From the IMG/VR virus record IMGVR_UViG_3300045988_167652: a DNA stretch of 64,000 nt; one strand, written 5' to 3'. The notes below the pieces were generated by a model, which was given only the letters and a program-made list of their open reading frames with translations, made no database searches and had not been told where the DNA came from. Of this stretch, positions 56,038-63,975 are shown one piece after another (positions within the stretch are counted from its first letter, which is position 1; each line of letters begins with the position of its first letter). Made by a program: the position numbers and the translations under genes. The stretch comes from a virus.

Positions 56038-56112
56038 AGGCAATTAATATGAATAATTAGTTTGACAAATATATAATGTATAATTTATTTATAGTGTTTA
56101 TACAGGTATAAA

Positions 56113-56688
56113 TTATCTTAATTCACTATTTGAAAAGTTAAATGATTGTTCTTTATTATTTTTATTTTCTATGAAAGTAAGGAGGTCTGAAGAATTTATT
56201 ATCTCTCCATTCTTATTTTCATTTTTTGATATGAAATACTTTAATGTTCTCATATAACTGTAATTTCCATTAAAAGATTGTACATATCTTTTAGCAGCAT
56301 TTAATATATCATCTTTAGTTATATGAGGATTTTTAGCTATAAACATTTCAAGTTTCTTTCTTACTTCTGAAGAATTTCCTCTCCAGTAAATATTAGTTCC
56401 TTCTTTTTTACCTTCAGGAAAGATGTTTTGAAGGGATTTTATAAAAGATAAATCTATTTTTTCTATCTTATTATGAGTATTACTTTTTGATAGTCCTTTA
56501 ACTATGTTTAAACATAAAGGATTTAAACTTCCGTCAGATAGAATATAGTTTTTTAGTTTCATAACTCTTAATATATAATCAAGAGTTGTATTATTTTTTT
56601 CTGCTATTTCTGAAGTTATTAATATAAGTGCTTCTGCTAATGATAGATTATATTTCTCTAACATAGCTTCATTAATAAAAATATTCAT
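56113..56688 (-). CDS. Hypothetical protein (191 aa)
   Basis: Intact ORF with a TAA stop; no secure motif. Confidence 0.6.
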   Translation of the reverse strand: MNIFINEAMLEKYNLSLAEALILITSEIAEKNNTTLDYILRVMKLKNYILSDGSLNPLCLNIVKGLSKSNTHNKIEKIDLSFIKSLQNIFPEGKKEGTNIYWRGNSSEVRKKLEMFIAKNPHITKDDILNAAKRYVQSFNGNYSYMRTLKYFISKNENKNGEIINSSDLLTFIENKNNKEQSFNFSNSELR

Positions 56689-56716
56689 ATATATGTATTT
56701 TTAATTGTAATTTAAT

Positions 56717-57106
56717 ATTTATGGTTTCATAATAGTGATTAGTTTAAGACTAACAAAGAATTAAAATTATTATGACAAGATAGTGAGATTAATCTTAGTA
56801 TAAATTTAAAATAAAGACTGTAATTTCATTTTATATTAAAGGAAAAAAGAAATTATATGGCTTATGGGGGTTAGTGAGCTACCTTTGTATATAAAAGTAT
56901 TCTTACAGTCTTTATAAGAAAACCTTTCTATAAAACACTTTGTTTATTTATATCTAAAATTCATAAGAATGCTGTGACCAAACGAGTATAAAAATGAATT
57001 TACGGATAAAATAAAGTTCAGTGATTATAGAAAGGTTATGATGAAAAAACAAAGTAGTTAGTAGGGAAAAAATCAAACTATGAAAAAATACTATGAAACC
57101 ATAAAT
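56717..57106. ncRNA. Candidate large structured RNA (or cruciform-rich replication element): nested perfect inverted repeats
   Basis: H1 pairs 56717-56731 with 57092-57106 (15 bp). H3 pairs 56811-56823 with 56903-56915 (13 bp) and continues inward as 56829-56836/56889-56896 (8 bp) and 56837-56842/56882-56887. H4 pairs 56921-56932 with 57026-57037 (12 bp). H5 pairs 56957-56964 with 56994-57001 (8 bp). All helices are nested without crossing, and the tract has no ORF. Confidence 0.4.
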
Positions 57107-57152
57107 AAACAAATATAAAAACCTCTACTAACATACTTTGTTTTATATTTTG

Positions 57153-57520
57153 TGGAGCTGGAAGGATTCAAACCTTCGTCCATAAGAAGTTAAATTTACT
57201 TTTTTACATGCTTAGTTTTATTTGTTTAGTATTTTAATTTGAACTATAATAAAACAAATTCATTCAAATATTACCTCTTCTTTATCACTTATTATTTTGA
57301 GGAAATGTATAAGCTATCTGTTTTAGTAATAATCTTAGATATTAAACAGATTAATTTATCTAAGATTTGCTTTACTTCTTTATGTTTTATAAAGTTTCAA
57401 GCTGCTAAGTTTAGTTTATAATCGAACTTTATTTTTAATAGTTTTATTAAAGTGTTACTATAAAAACACTGCATGATTAATAAATCTTTTCTTGTCTTAT
57501 GTCAAACATCTTTCAGCCCC
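57153..57520 (-). ncRNA. ssrA: tmRNA (transfer-messenger RNA), complete one-piece form
   Basis: The minus-strand RNA starts GGGGCTGAAAGATGTTTGAC and ends GGACGAAGGTTTGAATCCTTCCAGCTCCA. It has a 7-bp acceptor stem with G3:U70, a T-arm GAAGG/TTTGAAT/CCTTC, and no D or anticodon arm. The internal frame reads ...FDYKLNLAA followed by TGA (57397-57399). Downstream hairpins include ATCTTAGAT/ATCTAAGAT. CCA is not encoded. Confidence 0.85.
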
Positions 57521-57656
57521 TTTTATTTATTAATTTATTAAAAGATAGAAAAAGTTTTGCAGGATAATAAACATATAAATCAAATTTAAAACCTTTATCA
57601 TGAAAAAAAACAAATCAGTTAAGTTTATCCTATACTTTCTTTTACTACCTTTATTT

Positions 57657-58883
57657 TTATTGTTTTTTCTTTATGTATTCTTCTAAAGTAATTTCTTTTA
57701 CATATTTATTATCCACTTCTTTTATAGCTTTATTTAAATAGTCTTCATCCGAAGTGTTTTTATAGTAAAAGATAAATATTTTAGGTGATTCATGCCTTAA
57801 AAGCCTACCTAACTTTTGTATGAACATTCCTGTAGTACCATCAAGTTGTGTGATGATTCCTATAGGAGTATTAACTAAATTAGTTCCTTCTCTAAGCATT
57901 TTCACTGTAAAGATACGATTAATTTTGTGATTATTAAAATCACTAAGCATATCTTTATTTTTTGATTTACTATGTAAAGCATATTTACTTCCACCAAGCT
58001 CATTACATTGTTCGATATTAGTGGTAAATGCTATTATTCTTTCATCTTCATTAAAGGATTTTATTAATTTCTTTACATGTCTTGTTTTTGTTTTACCTAA
58101 GAAATTCTTTCTTCTTAATCCTTCTCTTAAAGATAATAGTGGAGAAATTCTTCCTTTTTTTGATAATTCTGAATAAGCAGATACTCTTTGATCAATATAA
58201 TCGTAAATATTTTTTACTGAATCTTCTACTATTAAAGTGGGCTTATCTTTTATGTTTTTATTTTTTTCTTTACTAATATATCTTTGTAAAGAATTAAACC
58301 TCTTCAAACATACTTCCTCCCCCCCTTTACCCTTCCTTACTTCTATTTTATCCATTAAAGTGATGGATAAAGTAAGTGGAATAAGTATTATCTCAGGAGT
58401 AGGTAAAATATTATTTTTAATGGCTTCTTTAAGTCCATATTTCATGAATTTTAAATTGTTTATAAAGCTTCTTAAAACATATTTCAAATCCCAAGATATT
58501 GTGGCTGATAACCCAATAAATCTTGTATTAGTATTGTTAGATAATATCTTTTTTAAATGTCTTATTCTTTCAGCTGATAAGTTATGTACTTCATCACAAA
58601 TAACTGTATCATATTTATTGTTTACTACCTTTTTTAGTGAAGCATAGCAAAGAATAAATATGTTTTCAGTAGAATAATTCCATTTATGAATTTCTTCTAA
58701 CCATCCATTAATGTGTGCTCTTTCTGATACTACTATAAGAGTTTTAGGATTTATACGTTTATTTCCTAAAGCACAATCTAGGCTTATCTTTGTTTTTCCT
58801 ACTCCTGTAGCAAATTCAAGTATTAAGTTATCATTGTTATTAAAGTGTTTTATAATTGTAGTGTTTAATTTCTGTCTATCCAT
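57657..58883 (-). CDS. SF2 DEAD/DEAH-box-type helicase
   Basis: Motif I is ATGVGKT, motif II is CDEVHN (DExH), motif III is LSAT and motif VI is QKLGRLLR. Confidence 0.8.
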   Translation of the reverse strand: MDRQKLNTTIIKHFNNNDNLILEFATGVGKTKISLDCALGNKRINPKTLIVVSERAHINGWLEEIHKWNYSTENIFILCYASLKKVVNNKYDTVICDEVHNLSAERIRHLKKILSNNTNTRFIGLSATISWDLKYVLRSFINNLKFMKYGLKEAIKNNILPTPEIILIPLTLSITLMDKIEVRKGKGGEEVCLKRFNSLQRYISKEKNKNIKDKPTLIVEDSVKNIYDYIDQRVSAYSELSKKGRISPLLSLREGLRRKNFLGKTKTRHVKKLIKSFNEDERIIAFTTNIEQCNELGGSKYALHSKSKNKDMLSDFNNHKINRIFTVKMLREGTNLVNTPIGIITQLDGTTGMFIQKLGRLLRHESPKIFIFYYKNTSDEDYLNKAIKEVDNKYVKEITLEEYIKKKQ

Positions 58884-58886
58884 ATC

Positions 58887-59072
58887 TTATTTAAATAATT
58901 CATGTTCTTCTATAGTTAGAATAATTCCTTGTTTTGATAAATATGGTTTATTAAGGAATATTTCATATTTCTTTTTATCCGTATTATTAGATATAACAGT
59001 TTTAGCTGATTCTTGTGTAATTGAACAATATTCTATTTTCCCTTTATCTGTCTTAATAATGTAGATTTTCAT
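58887..59072 (-). CDS. Small hypothetical protein (61 aa)
   Basis: Intact ORF tightly packed upstream of the helicase gene. Confidence 0.45.
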   Translation of the reverse strand: MKIYIIKTDKGKIEYCSITQESAKTVISNNTDKKKYEIFLNKPYLSKQGIILTIEEHELFK

Positions 59073-59105
59073 AATAGTATTTATTTAAAATTGTTTTTAA
59101 TGATA

Positions 59106-59294
59106 TTATACTAATTCGTTAATAGGAAATTCTTTAATTATAATATCATAATCTATTGTTTCATAGTAGACGTTTATTTCAATCTCTTCTACTATATCAT
59201 ATAACGATTTAATAGCATCAATAGCTTTTTTCTTTTTACCAAAACATCCTAATATTTCTTTGTTTTCATTAAGAATCACATAAATAAAATTCAT
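59106..59294 (-). CDS. Small hypothetical protein (62 aa)
   Basis: Intact ORF with a TAA stop. Confidence 0.45.
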   Translation of the reverse strand: MNFIYVILNENKEILGCFGKKKKAIDAIKSLYDIVEEIEINVYYETIDYDIIIKEFPINELV

Positions 59295-59402
59295 AATATC
59301 TTTTTTAAATGTAAATAGTTATGTAAAGCTAATTAAAAATATGGTTTTAACACAATAGTTATTAGATAATAAGATTTTCCAAACTACTAACAATATCTAA
59401 CA

Positions 59403-59723
59403 TTAAAGAACTATTTCATTTGTGTAGTATAACTTTCCTGTATATCCTCTTTCTTTGATTTCTTCTAATAGTTGTCTATTAGTAAAAGTAGCTAATTCAG
59501 GATTTTTATATACTTTATGTAGTACTCTCTTTTCTTCTTTTTGTTTTTGTACTATTGTTGTATTACTTTGTTTGGATAATTTTTTTTGGTATCTTTCTCT
59601 TGACAATCTTTTATCACATTCTTTACAATAAGAATGTCTACCAAATTTGTTTTTACCTTTAGAAAAACTACTTTCAGGTAGTTCTTGCTTACATTTTAAA
59701 CAGGTTATTAATCTTTCTTCCAT
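59403..59723 (-). CDS. Zinc-ribbon protein (106 aa)
   Basis: CLKC...(20 aa)...CKEC forms a four-Cys ribbon, followed by a basic region. Confidence 0.55.
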   Translation of the reverse strand: MEERLITCLKCKQELPESSFSKGKNKFGRHSYCKECDKRLSRERYQKKLSKQSNTTIVQKQKEEKRVLHKVYKNPELATFTNRQLLEEIKERGYTGKLYYTNEIVL

Positions 59724-59764
59724 GATTTTTATTTTTAAATTTTTATAGTATTGTACTCACTTTT

Positions 59765-60520
59765 TTATTCATTGTGTTGAGCTGTACTTTTTAAATTTGA
59801 TATTATATGATTCTCATAAATAATAACTGATTTATTAAAGTTTTTACAGTTTGTTGTTTTTTCTGCATGCACTACAGATTTATTATAAGCATTTACAGAA
59901 GCTTTTTCTTCTGCTATAATATAAGAATAATGATAACTATTAACTTCTGCACAATCTTTTGCAAATACCTTTGAAAATTCATATGCTGTTATTTTTGAAT
60001 TATGATTGGCATATATAGTTGAACTATGTTTACATATTACTTCTGAATTATTTGATGCTTCACATTTACTTGCTTTACTACATTCTATTAAAGTATTATC
60101 GTGTGCAAATACTATACTGTAATCAGTACTAAATACTTTAACATTATCATAAGCCCATATGGTAGAATGGTCATTAGCGTAAACTGTACAATTATCAAAA
60201 GCATTTATTATACTATTATTTTCACTTATTATAATAGTATTTCCTAAACAATATGCTTCTCCGTCTTTTACATGGTGTTTATCTTTTATGAATATATTTT
60301 CTTTTTCTAATTCTTCTATAGTAAAATTATCTAATAGAAATTTTATAATATTTTTATTTTTACTTGACAGTATTCCTAAATCATCTTTTAAAGCCTTTAA
60401 TAGGTCTGATAAGTTTTTATATGTTATTTTTGTATTATAAGGTATATTATATTTAATATATTCATTCTTTAACACTGTTTCTAAGTGTTTAATTCTATTT
60501 TCTTTTATTTCTTTTTCCAC
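59765..60520 (-). CDS. Octapeptide-repeat (predicted beta-solenoid) protein, paralog A
   Basis: About 18 consecutive 8-residue units with consensus (D/N)xSxVxAx, for example NNSIINAF DNCTVYAN DHSTIWAY DNVKVFST DYSIVFAH. Confidence 0.7.
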   Translation of the reverse strand: MEKEIKENRIKHLETVLKNEYIKYNIPYNTKITYKNLSDLLKALKDDLGILSSKNKNIIKFLLDNFTIEELEKENIFIKDKHHVKDGEAYCLGNTIIISENNSIINAFDNCTVYANDHSTIWAYDNVKVFSTDYSIVFAHDNTLIECSKASKCEASNNSEVICKHSSTIYANHNSKITAYEFSKVFAKDCAEVNSYHYSYIIAEEKASVNAYNKSVVHAEKTTNCKNFNKSVIIYENHIISNLKSTAQHNE

Positions 60521-60527
60521 GTTTGAT

Positions 60528-61451
60528 TTATTTTTTAATAGTTATTTTTATCTTTTCTCCATTAATTTCTGTATCAATATATTCTTGATTATTTATTTTC
60601 GTTGTTTTATTCGTATATATTGTATTATGTTGAAATAGTACTGAATTATTTTTTAATGTATAATTAGGTAATATTTCATCTTTTACATAAATTACTGAAT
60701 GATCATTCGCTATTATAGTTACGTCTCTGTCTGTTTTTGCTCTTGCATAATCAAATAATTCTATAATCGATTTATCTGATGCAAATATTGTAGAATAATT
60801 CATTGCTGTTACTTTACAATTGTCTTTTGTATATACTATCGAATTATTTCCAGCTCTTATAAATGAATTATCATGTCCTATAATTTCCGCTCTATGCATC
60901 GCACTTATATCTGATGTATCATAGGAGTAACATGTAGAATAATTCCAACATTTTACTATTGAATTGTCTCTTGCAGTTACTATAGTATTTTCCCAAGCCA
61001 GTATTAATGAATTATTATAAGCAGATACCATACAATCATCCATTGCTTCTACTATTGATTTATCAAATGCTTTTATATTTGAGTTTCCTGTAGCTTCTAC
61101 TCGTGTATTTTCAAAACAACACACTTTTTTATTATGTATTTTATGACTACCTTCTAATAATATTTCTCTTTTATGTAATTCTTCTACTGAGTACAATTCT
61201 TTAAGCAGGTTTATAATATTAATGTCTTTTTTATATATTAAAGCTATATATCTTACTATATAATCAAGAAGTTGAGATGTATTTTTAATCCTTCTTTCTT
61301 CTTTTTCATCTATTCTTAATGCTTTTATTTCTCTTATAAAGCTTAATAATATTTGTTTCTGTTCTTTAAATGTTCTCTTTTTCATATGTTTTATTTTTAT
61401 TAGTTGTAAATAGTATTTTAAATTAAAAAGTGGACAATATCTAATAATCAC
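60528..61451 (-). CDS. Octapeptide-repeat (predicted beta-solenoid) protein, paralog B
   Basis: About 18 units, for example GNSNIKAF DKSIVEAM DDCMVSAY NNSLILAW ENTIVTAR DNSIVKCW. The N-terminal region resembles paralog A. An alternative and perhaps better start is ATG 61385 (MKKRTFKEQ). Confidence 0.7.
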   Translation of the reverse strand: MIIRYCPLFNLKYYLQLIKIKHMKKRTFKEQKQILLSFIREIKALRIDEKEERRIKNTSQLLDYIVRYIALIYKKDINIINLLKELYSVEELHKREILLEGSHKIHNKKVCCFENTRVEATGNSNIKAFDKSIVEAMDDCMVSAYNNSLILAWENTIVTARDNSIVKCWNYSTCYSYDTSDISAMHRAEIIGHDNSFIRAGNNSIVYTKDNCKVTAMNYSTIFASDKSIIELFDYARAKTDRDVTIIANDHSVIYVKDEILPNYTLKNNSVLFQHNTIYTNKTTKINNQEYIDTEINGEKIKITIKK

Positions 61452-61495
61452 TATCGGATATTGTTCTATTGTTATGATAAACTACGAACTATAAG

Positions 61496-61570
61496 TGTTC
61501 CTTATTAGACTTGAACTAATACTCTTTTCCTTATGAGGGAATTGCTCTAACCTACTTGAGCTAAGGGAAC
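61496..61570 (-). tRNA. tRNA with CAU anticodon (elongator Met or Ile2 type)
   Basis: A 75-nt cloverleaf on the minus strand. Acceptor is GTTCCCT/AAGGAAC (one C-A mismatch); D-arm is GCTC-AAGTAGGTTA-GAGC; anticodon arm is ATTCC-CTCATAA-GGAAA; T-arm is ATTAG-TTCAAGT-CTAAT; discriminator is A. It lacks the three G-C pairs of initiator anticodon stems. Confidence 0.85.
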
Positions 61571-61759
61571 TATTAAATCTTATGTTTAATTGTTGTGTTT
61601 TATTTAAATGTTAATACTCTGTATTGCTCTACTATTATAAGTAAAGCAATCAAGATTAAAGCATAAAGGAATGCTTTTAATATGAATATAGTTACACTTT
61701 TTATAGTGTATTTCTTTTCTTTTTTTATTGTAAAATCAATTCCTTTAGCTATATTGTTC

Positions 61760-61942
61760 TTATAAATAATTTTCATTTTTCTTTGCTTGTTTGAATTGTT
61801 TTATTTTATTTCTTAAACCTTTTTCAAATGATTTTAATTCTTCATTTGATTGATTGTTTTCAATTATTTCGGTTGTGATAAAGTGGTTTACTATTACTCT
61901 TTCTCCTCTACTATTCTTTCTTGTAAATATTCTTTTTCTCAT
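61760..61942 (-). CDS. Small basic hypothetical protein (60 aa)
   Basis: Intact ORF with a TAA stop. Confidence 0.45.
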   Translation of the reverse strand: MRKRIFTRKNSRGERVIVNHFITTEIIENNQSNEELKSFEKGLRNKIKQFKQAKKNENYL

Positions 61943-62116
61943 AATTTTATATTTTACTTTTATTTGCTTTTTATATTTCTTTGTCAGTAATTATTTGTGG
62001 TGAAGGGTTGGATGGGTAAGGGGGGTAAGTTGTTAGTTGCTATTTTGTACATTAATTTGATAGTAAATTAAAATAAATAATAGAGAGCTTTTACACTCTC
62101 TATTATCTTTAATGGA

Positions 62117-62467
62117 TTACCATTCCTCCATTTCTTCCCAATTCCTGTCTTTACAAATAATGAAGGTTTCTTTAGGATTTCTAAGTTCTCCCGTTACTTC
62201 ATCCTTATCTGAAAGGATGCAGTGGAGTACTACCAACTCCCCTTCTAATTCTCTTAGCTTTTCAATTGAGTTGATTTCTTTTTTGTGTTTCTCTCCCACT
62301 GAGACTTCAGTCCCAGCGATATTGAAAAGCACAAAAGAATCTTGCAACCCTTCGTTGTTTGTGTAGGTAATTTCTGACTTACCCACTTTTCTACTGCCTG
62401 TTTTTGCAAGCTGGTTGTTCAAAAATTCTACAAATGACCATCTTTGAATGATTTCGCTGTGCTTCAT
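62117..62467 (-). CDS. Hypothetical protein (116 aa) in a less AT-rich segment
   Basis: Intact ORF. It is visibly richer in G/C than the rest of the window. Confidence 0.55.
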   Translation of the reverse strand: MKHSEIIQRWSFVEFLNNQLAKTGSRKVGKSEITYTNNEGLQDSFVLFNIAGTEVSVGEKHKKEINSIEKLRELEGELVVLHCILSDKDEVTGELRNPKETFIICKDRNWEEMEEW

Positions 62468-62746
62468 TTTTTTTGTTTTGCATTTAGTGCTGTGAATTAA
62501 GGTTACTGTTCCACCATCAAGTCAAATAATGTTTTAGCAGGAGAGTACTGTTCTTCGTCTCTAACATTATTAGAAGCCCTATCTAAAGATTATAATGATA
62601 GGATATATGCTTATTTATACTCTGTGCATATTAACAAGAGTTGTATTTTAGTAGTTAAATAATTTATTTTAGTAATTATTCTTTGTTATAATAATTTATT
62701 GGATGTAATCAATAATTCTCTATATTCAATTTTAAATTATAGAAAT

Positions 62747-62992
62747 TTAATAACATCCATAAAAATCTTTGGGAGAATTTGTTTTTACTCCCAAAGATTT
62801 AAGTTCTTTGTTACTTAGGGTCGTGTGAAGAAGATACCCTTTAACTGTTACCCTCAAATCTGGACAGCAAGTACATGCTGCCGAAGAATTATATATGAAT
62901 TTTTTTACATGTTTTGTTACATATGCAGAGTGATCTCTGCAATTAACAACTGAGAGTATGTCTATTGTTTTCAAGAATCTTATATTTTCCAT
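62747..62992 (-). CDS. Hypothetical Cys-rich small protein (81 aa)
   Basis: Intact ORF whose 3' end is overlapped by a strong hairpin (62763-62800). Confidence 0.4.
   Translation of the reverse strand: MENIRFLKTIDILSVVNCRDHSAYVTKHVKKFIYNSSAACTCCPDLRVTVKGYLLHTTLSNKELKSLGVKTNSPKDFYGCY
62759..62800 (-). terminator. Rho-independent terminator (minus strand)
   Basis: 13-bp perfect stem AAATCTTTGGGAG (62763-62775) / CTCCCAAAGATTT (62788-62800). On the minus strand the tail is T-rich. Confidence 0.5.
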
Positions 62993-63262
62993 ATGACTTC
63001 ATATAAATTGTTTATTTTTTAGATGATTTATCCCGATTAAATTCAATTAATCTCTTCATTGAAAAGATATAGAATTTTAATTCTATTGTCTTCATTTTGT
63101 TTGAATATTATTTTGTTTATATTGACCTTTTAACTCATAGGATTTTCTCACTATGAAACTTATAATTTTCTATAAATATAGATTATTATAAGAGGTTTCA
63201 ACTTTTATTTAATCCTCGTTTAAGTCGTTCATTAGAATATTTTCGAGGTTCATGAATAATTT

Positions 63263-63306
63263 AAAAAAATAATAGTAATAAGTTAGCTACTTTTATTACT
63301 ATTATT
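63263..63306 (-). terminator. Hairpin terminator downstream of 63700..63975 (minus strand)
   Basis: 14-bp stem AATAATAGTAATAA (63268-63281) / TTATTACTATTATT (63293-63306). It is preceded on the + strand by an A-run, which gives a T-tail on the minus strand. A second 11-bp hairpin follows at 63310-63338. Confidence 0.5.
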
Positions 63307-63699
63307 CCCATAAATAATAATGATTAGTTATTATTTATAGTGGAGCTATAGGTTTTGTTATAATTGCTCTTACTTTACTATTATAACTACATAATTGAAT
63401 AGTATATTATCCAATTAATCCTAAATGTAATCTTTTTAACTATAATATCATTGATATACTAATATTATAATTATTCTTCGGACATCAAAGACTTTTATTT
63501 AGTCCCTAATAGTACTTATGAATACTATTATTCTTCATTTTCATTACTAAATGCTATCTTAGAAAGTGTACTTTTTTCTAAGTGAATCTAATAATTTATA
63601 GAAGATTTAATTCCTAAATTGGTATGATTAAATGATTATCTCTGCGTAAATATTGTACACTATTAAGTGTTCAACACCTGAAGAAAAAGCTGGAAGAGG

Positions 63700-63975
63700 T
63701 TATAACTCCCAGCTAATCACTGCATTATTAACTCTCTGCACTCTAACATAAGTTCTTCCGTTGGTAAGACTTACTGTAGAGTTTACAATAAGTTCATCAA
63801 CCTTACAGTTAAGGCAGTTTGATGGAATAAATGCAGTAAACTCAGTTAAAACTAAAACATAAGTTTTACTTTCCACATTTAACTGAGCATTTTTAAAATT
63901 CGCTTTTATAGTCTTTAAAACATCAGCATGTGGATGGCTGATAGTCTTATTAGACTTGTTAACTTTATTATCCAT
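63700..63975 (-). CDS. Hypothetical protein (91 aa)
   Basis: Intact ORF with a TAA stop. Its start codon abuts a 9-bp tandem repeat. Confidence 0.5.
   Translation of the reverse strand: MDNKVNKSNKTISHPHADVLKTIKANFKNAQLNVESKTYVLVLTEFTAFIPSNCLNCKVDELIVNSTVSLTNGRTYVRVQRVNNAVISWEL

Noticed and set aside
56717-57106. The terminal 15-bp inverted repeats could mark a MITE-like mobile element.
   Set aside because: I see no target-site duplication flanking the arms (AATTTAAT on the left versus AAACAAAT on the right). There is no transposase nearby, and the interior is itself made of nested helices, which fits a structured RNA or an origin better. A mobile element is not fully excluded.
57239-57421. 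Track ORF of 60 aa on the + strand.
   Set aside because: It lies entirely inside the tmRNA gene on the opposite strand, and its translation is low-complexity. It is an artefact of AT-rich sequence.
57153-57520. A tRNA interrupted by a ~300-nt (group I-like) intron, suggested because an acceptor stem and T-arm are separated by ~300 nt.
   Set aside because: No D-arm or anticodon arm can be drawn at the 5' side. The 5' GGGGCUGA...UUUGAC and 3' GGACG-T-arm-CAGCUCCA ends, the G3:U70 pair and an internal ...LNLAA-stop frame are the hallmarks of tmRNA.
61610-61757. A possible small membrane-protein ORF on the minus strand between the tRNA and 61760..61942 (…TIFILKAFLYALILIALLIIVEQ…).
   Set aside because: There is no ATG, GTG or convincing alternative start in frame after the upstream stop. 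It is too short to support without comparative data.
33404-62366. Plus-strand track ORFs inside the early block (33404, 35906, 37883, 39883, 41818, 58082, 58237, 58711, 62112).
   Set aside because: Each lies entirely within a longer, motif-bearing minus-strand gene. The translations are low-complexity hydrophobic shadows.
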